This document shows positions 8,475 through 16,976 of a stretch of DNA of 64,000 bases, in pieces. Location of the stretch: contig JBKBRF010000011.1 of the NCBI GenBank assembly GCA_046292385.1, positions 64,001-128,000 of the forward strand, read 5' to 3'. Source of the DNA: Armatimonadota bacterium. GTDB taxonomy: Bacteria; Armatimonadota; SYMT01. Positions within the stretch are counted from its first letter, which is position 1, and each line of letters starts with the position of its first letter. The position numbers and the translations under genes were made by a program. The notes under the pieces were generated by a model. That model was not told the origin of the DNA, searched no databases, and saw only the letters and a list, made by a program, of their open reading frames with translations.

Positions 8475-10100
8475 TTGGCACGGGTTCAGCGCGCGCTGAT
8501 TAGCGTTTCAGACAAGACCGGCGTGGTAGAGCTCGCCCGCGGGCTGCAGGAGCTGGGCGTGGAGATCCTCTCCACCGGCGGGACCGCCGCCAGCCTGCGC
8601 GAGGCGGGGGTGAACGTGACCTCCGTGGAGCAGGTCACCGGCTTTCCCGAGATGATGGAAGGTCGCGTGAAAACGCTCCACCCCGCGGTGCACGGCGGGA
8701 TCCTGGCCGACCGCGCTAAGCCGGACCACATGGAGCAGCTCGCGGGCCAGGGCTTCCGGCCGATCGACCTGGTGGCGGTGAACCTCTACCCCTTCGCGCA
8801 GACCGTCGCCCGTCCCGGCTGCAGCCTGGAGGACGCGATCGAGAATATCGACATCGGCGGCCCGTCGATGATCCGCTCCGCCGCCAAGAACCACGCCGCG
8901 GTCACCGTCATCACCTCCCCAGCGGCGTACGGCGAGGTGCTGGAGGAGCTGCGGCAGAACCGCGGGGAGACGTCGCTCGCGACGCGCCGGCGGCTGGCGC
9001 AGCAGGCGTTCGCGCACACCGCGGAGTACGACCGCGCGATCGCGGCCTACCTGGCGGGCCAGCTCGAGGCGGGAGATACGCAGGAGACGCGCCTTCCGGA
9101 GCGGCTCGACCTCCAGTTCCGCAAGGCCTACGACCTGCGCTACGGTGAGAACCCGCACCAGAAGGCGGCGTTCTACCTCGATCCGAAGCCGGGCGAGCCG
9201 AGCGTCGCCACCGCCCGGCAGCTCCACGGCAAGGAGCTCTCTTTCACCAATATCCTCGACCTGAACGCGGCGCTGGAGCTGGTGAAGGAGTTCGACCGGC
9301 CCGCCTGCTCCATCATCAAGCACACCAACCCGTGCGGGTGTGCCGTGGCCGATTCGCTGGTCGAAGCCTACCGCCTGGCCCGCGAAGGGGAGCTGCCGCC
9401 GCTCAACTCGCGCTTTGGCGGCATCATCGCCTGCAACCGGCCGATCGACCTGGAGACGGCCGAGGAGATCATCGCGCCCGGCAGCTACTACGAGTGCATC
9501 ATCGCGCCCGGATTCGCGCCGGAGGTGCTGGAGTTGTTCCGCGGCCGCAAGAGTTGGGGCGAGCGGGTGCGGCTGATGGAGATCGACCCGCTGCCGCCGT
9601 TCGCGCAGCTCCGCGCTGAGGCGAGAGGACTCGACGCGCTCGACCTCAAGCGCGTGGTCGGCGGCCTCCTGGCGCAGGAGCGCGACCTCCGCGATCCGCA
9701 GGTGGGAGAAGACGGTGATCTCCAGGTGGCCACCGACCGTGCCCCCACAGAGCAGGAGCTGGCCGACATGCTCTTCGCCTGGAAAGTGGTGCGGCACGTG
9801 AAATCGAACGCCGTGGTCCTGGCGAAGAACGGACAGCTGATCGGTGTGGGCGCCGGGCAGACCAACCGCGTCCAATCCGCCGAGCTGGCGGTGAAGATGG
9901 CCGGACCGCGGGCGGAAGGCTCCGTCTGCGCCAGCGACGCCTACTTCCCGTTCCCGGACGGCCCGGAAGCGCTGGCGAAGGAGGGCGTGAAGGCGATCAT
10001 CCAGCCGGGCGGCTCGGTGAAGGACCAGGATACGGTCTTCGTTTGCAACCAGCACGGCGTGGCGATGGTCTTCACCGGCGCGCGCCACTTCCGGCATTGA
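8475..10100 (+). CDS. purH: Bifunctional AICAR transformylase / IMP cyclohydrolase
   Basis: RALISVSDKTG, GRVKTLHP, IENIDIGGPSMIRSAAKN, LRYGENPHQ, IIQPGGS..D, FTGARHFRH; TTG start after GGAG. Confidence 0.97.
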   Translation: MARVQRALISVSDKTGVVELARGLQELGVEILSTGGTAASLREAGVNVTSVEQVTGFPEMMEGRVKTLHPAVHGGILADRAKPDHMEQLAGQGFRPIDLVAVNLYPFAQTVARPGCSLEDAIENIDIGGPSMIRSAAKNHAAVTVITSPAAYGEVLEELRQNRGETSLATRRRLAQQAFAHTAEYDRAIAAYLAGQLEAGDTQETRLPERLDLQFRKAYDLRYGENPHQKAAFYLDPKPGEPSVATARQLHGKELSFTNILDLNAALELVKEFDRPACSIIKHTNPCGCAVADSLVEAYRLAREGELPPLNSRFGGIIACNRPIDLETAEEIIAPGSYYECIIAPGFAPEVLELFRGRKSWGERVRLMEIDPLPPFAQLRAEARGLDALDLKRVVGGLLAQERDLRDPQVGEDGDLQVATDRAPTEQELADMLFAWKVVRHVKSNAVVLAKNGQLIGVGAGQTNRVQSAELAVKMAGPRAEGSVCASDAYFPFPDGPEALAKEGVKAIIQPGGSVKDQDTVFVCNQHGVAMVFTGARHFRH

Positions 10101-10133
10101 TCGGCTCCGGACGCCAAGAGAGTTCACAGGAGG

Positions 10134-10664
10134 ATGAGTGAGATGAGCAGGCAGTCCCCCACCCCAGGCGCGTTGAGCCGGCGAGGCGTTTCGCTCCTCG
10201 CGGTCTCGGCGTGCGCGGCACTCCTGCTCCTCGCCGGCTGCGACTCGGCACGACGGTCCTCGGACGTGGGCGTCTCGCCGGCCCCGGCCACACAGGCCCC
10301 GGTGGAGGAGCCGCCGATTACCGACTTCGCGCAGCTCCCGACGGACGACGGCGCCAACTTCGTCGTGAAGGCGGAGCCCCGCTCCAAGGCGGTGCTGGAG
10401 CACTACGACCGGGAGTTCAAGGCGAAGGGGTGGCGGCGCCTGAACACCGCCCGCAGCACCGGACAGCTCTGGGAGTGGCAGCCCCTGCCGCCGGGCCTGG
10501 GTCTGGATTACTCGGAAGATCTGGAAGGCGCCTGGGTCAACCCGAAGACCGGAGAGACCGCAGTGCTGGGTCTGAACCAGCCGGCCAAGAGGAAAGGCGT
10601 GCAAGAGGGCACCCTCGACATCTACCCGAAGGGCGAAAACCCCTGGGCGGACGTCGAAGAGTGA
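10134..10664 (+). CDS. Hypothetical lipoprotein
   Basis: SRR followed by hydrophobic stretch and lipobox LLAGC; start may be 10143. Confidence 0.65.
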   Translation: MSEMSRQSPTPGALSRRGVSLLAVSACAALLLLAGCDSARRSSDVGVSPAPATQAPVEEPPITDFAQLPTDDGANFVVKAEPRSKAVLEHYDREFKAKGWRRLNTARSTGQLWEWQPLPPGLGLDYSEDLEGAWVNPKTGETAVLGLNQPAKRKGVQEGTLDIYPKGENPWADVEE

Positions 10665-12805
10665 CGGCACGCCGCCGCTCGCCCGGCCCGGCCTGGGGCG
10701 CGCTGGTGTTGCTGACGGCCGCGGCGATCGCCTCGGCGGATGGGCTGATGGTGCCGATGGCGAGCGCTTCCACCCCGCTCTCCGTGCGCCCGCGAGCGGC
10801 GGCGGTTCCGGCGGCGTTCTCCGCGAAGGAGCGACCGCTCCTGCTGATCCCGCAGCCGAAGCAGGTCCGGCTCGCTGAGGGGCACCGTGCGGAGAAGCTC
10901 ACCGTCCGGGACGGGATCGAGTGCTCCGTCACGCTCCCCCAGGGGGAGGACCACCTGCCGGCGGCACTGCGAGAGGTGCTCTCCTCCGCCGGTATCACGC
11001 CGCGCACGGTCCGCCGTTACTTCCACGCGGCACCCTGGGCGGAGGTCCGGCTCGGCTCCACCGCGCGCGCCCGCACCGCCCCGGCGGAAGACGCCGAATG
11101 GGCGCGCAACCCCGAGGGCTATTCCCTGAAGATCGGCGCCGACGGGGTCACCCTCACCGGCAGCACGGCACGGGGGGCGTTCTACGGACTCCAGACGCTT
11201 CGACAACTCCTGCGTCCGGGTGCGGACGGGGCGGAGTGCCCCACCGGCGAGATCCTGGACTGGCCCACTATGCCGTCCCGCGGCGCGCACTGGTTCCCCA
11301 GCGCCTCCGGGGTGCCGTTCCATCGCAAGCTGATCGAGCGGGTGATGTCGCGCTACAAGCTGAACGCGGCGGTCATCCAGTGCGAGGCGGCGAGATGGGA
11401 GAGCCATCCGGAGATCGCCGCTCCCAACTCGATCTCCCGCGCCGATCTCCAGGGGCTCGTCGACCTCTGCCGGTCGCGCTACCTAGACCCGATCCCGCTC
11501 ATCAACGCGCCCGGCCACGCCCAATGGATGTTCCGGAACGACCGGAACCTGGAGCTGGCCGAGGATCCGCAGACCCCGTACGCCTACTGCGTGAACCACC
11601 CGGAGGGCCGCAAGTTCATCCGGGAGATCCTCACCGAGGCGGTGGAGGTCTTCCGCCCGTCCTGGTTCCACCTGGGGCACGATGAGGTGACCCTCCGCGG
11701 CCGCTTCCCGAACCCGGAATGTCCCCGCTGCGCCGGCAGGGACGTGACCGACCTGGTGTTAGGGCACGCGCGCGGCATGCGCGACTGGCTGGCGGAGCGG
11801 AAGGTCCGGATGATGATCTGGGGCGACATGCTCCTGGCGCCGTCCGAGTCGCCGGATGCCCACGCCCCCAGCGAGACGGCGGCCCGCGCCCGCCGGCAGG
11901 GGCTGCCGGACGACCTCCGCGTGGCGGACTGGCACTACGAAACACGAGACCGATATCCCAGTCTCGACCTGCTGCGCCAGGGCGGCCGGGAGGTGATCGC
12001 CTGTACCTGGCACGATCCCCAGAACGTCTTCACCTTCGCGCGGGCCGCGCGGCAGGCGGGCGCGGCGGGTCTGCTGCAGACCACCTGGGCCGGCTATTTC
12101 CCGGATGAGAAGGTGCTGGAGACGGAGAGCCGGCAGTTCGCCGCCTTTATCCTGGCGGCGGAGTACGCGTGGTCCGGCCGCTCGGAGCCCCCTGCCGAGC
12201 TGCCGTACCGGCATGGGACGGAGCTCGCCCGCGCCTATACCGAAGACGGGCCGCCGCTGGACCGGGCTGGCACGCTCCTCGATCTCAGCCGCGCCGCCCG
12301 GGTTACCCGCGCCGCCTGGGAGAAGCTCGGTCCGGCGTTCGACCTCCGGAGCCTGCCGGCCGGCAAGCGCCGCGCGGCGGACGTGCTCTTCCAGGTGCCG
12401 GAGAAGCTTCTCGTGCTTGGCGGCCCGGCCTCGGTCGCCGGCGCCTCTCCGGGCGTCACGCTGGAGCTGAGTCGCAAGGCGGGGGAAGTGGCGCTGCTCA
12501 ACGCGGCGGTCCGCAGCGTGCCCCCCGGCACAGTAGCGGCAAAGGTGACCGTCGAGTACGCCGACGGCGCCGCGGAGACCGTGGAGCTCGCGACCGGACG
12601 GAGCACCGCCGCCTGGAGCGACGAGACCGCCCTCTTCCGCGCCCCCATCGGCTGGCAAGCCCGCGCCGCCTCCGGCGAAAGGGGCGCGCTGCGCGTGACC
12701 CGCTGGTCCAATCCCCATCCGGAGCGCCAGATCGCGCGCCTCCGCTTCCAACCGGTCCACCCGGAAGCCGGCCTGATCCTCGCCGGGGTCACACTGCTCG
12801 ACTGA
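10661..12805 (+). CDS. Glycoside hydrolase family 20-like beta-N-acetylhexosaminidase
   Basis: LLIPQPK, EGYSLKI...GAFYGLQTLRQLL, ILDWP, NAPGH and catalytic HLGHDEV motifs; signal peptide; GTGA overlap with upstream gene. Confidence 0.85.
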   Translation: MTARRRSPGPAWGALVLLTAAAIASADGLMVPMASASTPLSVRPRAAAVPAAFSAKERPLLLIPQPKQVRLAEGHRAEKLTVRDGIECSVTLPQGEDHLPAALREVLSSAGITPRTVRRYFHAAPWAEVRLGSTARARTAPAEDAEWARNPEGYSLKIGADGVTLTGSTARGAFYGLQTLRQLLRPGADGAECPTGEILDWPTMPSRGAHWFPSASGVPFHRKLIERVMSRYKLNAAVIQCEAARWESHPEIAAPNSISRADLQGLVDLCRSRYLDPIPLINAPGHAQWMFRNDRNLELAEDPQTPYAYCVNHPEGRKFIREILTEAVEVFRPSWFHLGHDEVTLRGRFPNPECPRCAGRDVTDLVLGHARGMRDWLAERKVRMMIWGDMLLAPSESPDAHAPSETAARARRQGLPDDLRVADWHYETRDRYPSLDLLRQGGREVIACTWHDPQNVFTFARAARQAGAAGLLQTTWAGYFPDEKVLETESRQFAAFILAAEYAWSGRSEPPAELPYRHGTELARAYTEDGPPLDRAGTLLDLSRAARVTRAAWEKLGPAFDLRSLPAGKRRAADVLFQVPEKLLVLGGPASVAGASPGVTLELSRKAGEVALLNAAVRSVPPGTVAAKVTVEYADGAAETVELATGRSTAAWSDETALFRAPIGWQARAASGERGALRVTRWSNPHPERQIARLRFQPVHPEAGLILAGVTLLD

Positions 12806-12867
12806 GCGTCGGGAACGGATCAGAGGAGTGATAGAGATCGGCTTCAGCCAGTTCCGTGCTCGAGGCG

Positions 12868-13485
12868 CTACCGATAGGCCGTAAACACCGGCGACGGGCC
12901 CTCCGCCGTCTGTCCGGAGCGCCGCCTCACTTCCACGTAGTAGTCGTAGCAGCCGGGGCAGACCAGCATGTGCCACATCAGGCTGCGCTCCTTCCGGCGG
13001 TCCAGGCCGGTGCCGACCATTCGCGGCACCAGGTCGTGCACCTGCTGCTCGTCCATCGGCTCGATGTCCGGCGCGTCGGCGGGGATCTTGACCCGCCGCA
13101 CCACCACCTCCGGCGCCGGGCGGTGCCAGACGTTCACGGAGGCGAGCGCCAGCAGGCAGACTCCCGCCAGCGCGAAGGCGGCGCCGCTCGCCCAGCGCGG
13201 CGCCCGCCACGGGCGCCGGGAGGGTGCCGGGGGGCGTGCCGCGCCTCCGGTCTCCAGCGCCTGGAGGACCCGCCGGCGCACCGCTGCGCGGCACGGGTCT
13301 TCCGCCGTGGTCTGCGCGGGGGGCAGCGCGTCCTGCACCTGCGCCGCCATGTCGAGCATCTCCACCAGTTCCCGCAGCTCGTCCCGGGAGAGGCGCGGCG
13401 GCGGCCCGTCCGGGTGGCACTCTCGGATCTGCTCCACGTATCGCCAGACCAGCTCGGCGGCGATTTGTTCTCGGTTCGTTGCCAT
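12868..13485 (-). CDS. Putative membrane anti-sigma factor with C-terminal HxxxCxxC motif
   Basis: Starts 9 nt after the ECF sigma stop; one TM helix; HMLVCPGC. Confidence 0.65.
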   Translation of the reverse strand: MATNREQIAAELVWRYVEQIRECHPDGPPPRLSRDELRELVEMLDMAAQVQDALPPAQTTAEDPCRAAVRRRVLQALETGGAARPPAPSRRPWRAPRWASGAAFALAGVCLLALASVNVWHRPAPEVVVRRVKIPADAPDIEPMDEQQVHDLVPRMVGTGLDRRKERSLMWHMLVCPGCYDYYVEVRRRSGQTAEGPSPVFTAYR

Positions 13486-13494
13486 CGTTCGGTC

Positions 13495-14097
13495 CTACGA
13501 CTTGGTTCGTTCCGGACGGGACTGCTCTTTCAGCACCAGCTCGCGGAGCCGCTTCATCGCCTTGTAGAGGTGCGTCGTCACGGAGGTGATCGACGGCTTG
13601 CCCATGATCTCCTGGATCTCCCGGCAGCTCAGCTCGCGGTCGTAACTCAGCGTGATGATCTGGCGGTCGGACGGGCTCAGCCGCTCCATCGCCTCCCGGA
13701 TGCGCGCCAGCTCCGCTTGCCACAGCACCAGGTCTTCCGGCGCGATCGCCTGGGGATCGGCCTCCGGGCGCACTTCCTCCAGCACCAGCGGCTCCGGCGT
13801 CCGGCCGCGCTGGCGAAGGCGGTCGGTCACCAGGTTGCGCGCCACGGCGTAGAGGTAGGAGAGGTAGCTGGCGCCGCGGTCCGGATCGTACGACTGGATC
13901 CGGGCGAAGGCGCGCGCGAAGGCGTCCGCCAGGAGGTCCTCCACCTCACCGTCCGGCAGCCCGGAATGGCGGATGAAGCGCTCCAGTCGGGTGTAGTGGC
14001 GCTCGAAGATCACGCTGAAGAGCTTCGCCTCGCCGCGCTGTACCCGGCGGACGATCTCTTCATCCGAGGCGGAAGACCACCTCGTCTCCTCTCTCAT
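13495..14097 (-). CDS. ECF RNA polymerase sigma-70 factor
   Basis: Region 2 (VEDLLADAF...SYLYAVARNLVTDRLR) and region 4 (LSPSDRQIITL...EIQEIMG...VTTHLYKAMKRLR). Confidence 0.92.
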   Translation of the reverse strand: MREETRWSSASDEEIVRRVQRGEAKLFSVIFERHYTRLERFIRHSGLPDGEVEDLLADAFARAFARIQSYDPDRGASYLSYLYAVARNLVTDRLRQRGRTPEPLVLEEVRPEADPQAIAPEDLVLWQAELARIREAMERLSPSDRQIITLSYDRELSCREIQEIMGKPSITSVTTHLYKAMKRLRELVLKEQSRPERTKS

Positions 14098-14163
14098 GCG
14101 CAGCCCTCGCTTCCGGCTCCTGAGTCGCTACATCCTACGAGCGCGCGGGCCGCGGTGTCACTG

Positions 14164-14385
14164 TTCCGAACCTTGATTCACCGCAGAGACGCAGAGGACG
14201 CGGAGAGAACCCGAACCAGATTCCGATCCGGACTTGTCGCTAAGAACGCAAAGAGGGGAACCAGAAGGACACATTCCGGGGCCGCTGTACCCGACTCGAC
14301 AGGCGAGTCAGGCCCCACTCTGGTTCGCTCCCCCAGGCTCCCCATCTGCGCTCTCTGCGTCTCTGCGGTGAATGATGGTTCGGAA
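14164..14385. repeat. Composite inverted-repeat element (CACCGCAGAGACGCAGAG family), copy 1
   Basis: TTCCGAACC..ATTCACCGCAGAGACGCAGAG at the left end pairs with CTCTGCGTCTCTGCGGTGAAT..GGTTCGGAA at the right end. Confidence 0.75.
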
Positions 14386-14390
14386 ATGCG

Positions 14391-15911
14391 TCAGCTATCG
14401 AGGTAGACGGCTCGCAGGACTTCTTCCAGGGTGGTGACGCCGGAGAGGACCTTGCGGAGGGCGTCGTCGCGGAGGGCGACCATGCCGGTCTGAATAGCCG
14501 CCTTCCGGATCTCGGCGGCGCTGCGGCGCTCCTGGATGGCGGTGCGGATCTGCTCGTTCATCACCAGCAGCTCGTAGACCCCCAGCCGGCCGCGGTAGCC
14601 GGTGTGACGGCACTCCCGGCAGCCGGCGCCGCGGTAGATCACCGCGTGCGGATCGGTGATGTTGAGCCGCTTCCGGAGGGCATCCGGGATCGGCTCCGGC
14701 GCGCGGCAGTTGGAGCAGATGCGGCGGACCAGCCGCTGCGCCATCACGCCCACGACCGCGGAGCTGAAGAGGAACGGCTCCAGGCCCATGTCGGTCGCGC
14801 GGGTGGCGGCGCTGGCGCTGTCGTTGCAGTGCAGGGTGCTGAAGACGAAGTGCCCCGTCAGCGCGGCCTGCACCGCCATGCCGAGCGTCTCCATGTCCCG
14901 GATTTCCCCGACCATCACCACGTCCGGGTCCTGGCGCAGCGTGTGGCGCAGCGCGGTGGCGAAGGTGAGGCCGATCTTCGGGTGGACCTGGATCTGCGTG
15001 ACGCGCGGCAGCTCGTATTCCACCGGATCCTCGATCGTCATCACGTTGCGCCCGGTGGTATCCATGGCGCGGAGCGCGGTGTAGAGCGAGGTCGTCTTTC
15101 CGGAGCCGGTCGGTCCGGTCACCAGGAGCATCCCGTACGGCTTGGCGATCACTTGCTCGAAGAGGCGGCGCTCCCGCTCCAGCATCCCCAGCTCTTCCAG
15201 GGAGAGGGTGGTCGAGTCTTTGGGGAGCATGCGGAGCACCGCCTTTTCCCCGAACTGCGTCGGCATGGTGGAGACGCGGACGTCCCACCGCATCCCGACC
15301 AGCTTGATCGCAAAGCGGCCGTCGAGCGGCAGCCGGTGCTCCGCGATGTCGATGTTCGCCAGGATCTTGATGCGGGAGAGTAGCGGGATGTGCTCGTCCG
15401 GGCTCATCTCGCGGTAGTCGAAGAGCACTCCGTCCACGCGGAAGCGGACGACGCACCGCGTCTCGTACGGCTCGAAGTGAACGTCGCTCGCCCGCTGCTG
15501 GATCGCGTCGGTCAGGATCTTCTCCAGCAGCAGGACCGTCGGCGCGTCGGCGGAGGGCTTGCTCGATCCGAGCACCACGGTGTTGCCGCGGGCGGTGCTG
15601 CTGCTCCCCAGCGCCGCGTCTTCCCCGTCGCCGAGATCGGCGTAGACCCGCGCGATGATGGCGCGCAGGTCCGCGGGCGAGGTGGGTACCGGGCGCACCC
15701 GCTTGCGACTCAGGCGCTGGATCTCGTCGATCGCAACCACGTCGCCCGTGTCGAGCATCGCCACGGTGAGCACGTCGCCCTCGATCTCTACCGGGACCGC
15801 CTGCAGCGCCTCGGCGGCCTGCCGCGGGATGGCGGCGGCGAGGGCGGGGTCCAGCTTCACACTCCCCGCGGTGATCGGCGCGGTCTCGGACGGACGGGTC
15901 GGGACGCTCAT
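14391..15911 (-). CDS. GspE/PulE/PilB family secretion or pilus assembly ATPase
   Basis: ASDVHFEP, GPTGSGKTT, TIEDPVEY, LRQDPDVVMVGEIRD, AALTGH, CxxC...CxxC zinc site, GYRGR. Confidence 0.93.
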   Translation of the reverse strand: MSVPTRPSETAPITAGSVKLDPALAAAIPRQAAEALQAVPVEIEGDVLTVAMLDTGDVVAIDEIQRLSRKRVRPVPTSPADLRAIIARVYADLGDGEDAALGSSSTARGNTVVLGSSKPSADAPTVLLLEKILTDAIQQRASDVHFEPYETRCVVRFRVDGVLFDYREMSPDEHIPLLSRIKILANIDIAEHRLPLDGRFAIKLVGMRWDVRVSTMPTQFGEKAVLRMLPKDSTTLSLEELGMLERERRLFEQVIAKPYGMLLVTGPTGSGKTTSLYTALRAMDTTGRNVMTIEDPVEYELPRVTQIQVHPKIGLTFATALRHTLRQDPDVVMVGEIRDMETLGMAVQAALTGHFVFSTLHCNDSASAATRATDMGLEPFLFSSAVVGVMAQRLVRRICSNCRAPEPIPDALRKRLNITDPHAVIYRGAGCRECRHTGYRGRLGVYELLVMNEQIRTAIQERRSAAEIRKAAIQTGMVALRDDALRKVLSGVTTLEEVLRAVYLDS

Positions 15912-16119
15912 ACTTACCTCCACGGATCCGGCCGCGCGGCCGGGTCATACTGCCCTTAGTTCTCCTTCAGACGAAGGAGCCCCTCCTCACGCGCGGCTCC
16001 GCGGAGGCTTCCTGCGCCGGGGCGGCGAACCGTAACCCATCCGAAAGCGATATCCCCGTATCGGACCCGGGCTCCTCCCCGTTTGGTAACGCGGAGGGCG
16101 CTCCAGCGGCGCTGCGTGC

Positions 16120-16830
16120 ATGTCTTTCGAACAGCTCTTCGCGTGGTGGAACGCGGTCTACAGTGTCCCGCTCATCGTCGTCCTCACCGTGGCGACGGTG
16201 ACGGCGCTGGTGAGTCTCATCGGCGGCGGCTTTGGGGACGCGACCGACGCGGTGGATGCCGACGCCGACGCGGACCTCGACGTCGACGCGGACCTGGATG
16301 CCGACGCGGGGCTCGACGCGCACGGGGATCACGGGCACGGCCATCCCCATACCTCTGACGCTGGTCTACTGCTGCCGGTTCTGGCGGCGATCGGCGTGGG
16401 CCGCGCGCCGCTGATGTTGGTGCTGCAGGTCTTCTGCCTTCTGTGGGGACTGGTAGGGCTTACCCTGCACAGCGCCGCGCCGCAGGCGGGAGCGGGCGCG
16501 CTGCTCTGGTCGCTGCCGATCAGCCTGGTCGCGGCGGCGGTCGGGACCCGGCTTTTCTCGGGGCTGGTCGCCCGCGTGATGCCGCAGTCGGAGAGCTCGG
16601 TCGTGAAGCGCGACCAGCTCGTGGGCCGGATCGGCAAGGTGGTCTACCCGGTGTCGCTGGAAGAGGGCACGATTAACGTCCGCGACGCGCACGGCACGCT
16701 GCACCGGGTGCGGGCCCGGACCCAGCAGGGACGGCTCGACAGCGGCGAGGAGGTGATTATCCTCGGCTTCGATCCGCAGCGCAACCTGTACGAAGTGGAC
16801 GACTCCCGCGAGTTCATCCACCGAGACTGA
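16120..16830 (+). CDS. YqiJ/NfeD-like membrane protein with C-terminal OB-fold
   Basis: TM helices, acidic DAD repeat and His-rich linker, GVGRAPLMLVL, LVGRIGKV...VRDAHG; upstream of a flotillin. Confidence 0.8.
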   Translation: MSFEQLFAWWNAVYSVPLIVVLTVATVTALVSLIGGGFGDATDAVDADADADLDVDADLDADAGLDAHGDHGHGHPHTSDAGLLLPVLAAIGVGRAPLMLVLQVFCLLWGLVGLTLHSAAPQAGAGALLWSLPISLVAAAVGTRLFSGLVARVMPQSESSVVKRDQLVGRIGKVVYPVSLEEGTINVRDAHGTLHRVRARTQQGRLDSGEEVIILGFDPQRNLYEVDDSREFIHRD

Positions 16831-16976
16831 TTCGGTCCGGACCGTATCGTCCGGGCCGGCTCAACGTTCAATAACCGGCACTCGACGAGCAATGCGCGAA
16901 AGGCTACGCGTGAGAGCGGACCGCCCCGGCGGCGGTCTTCACCCGTCGAGGAGAGCCTGGAGGGAGGGTTTCTAGA

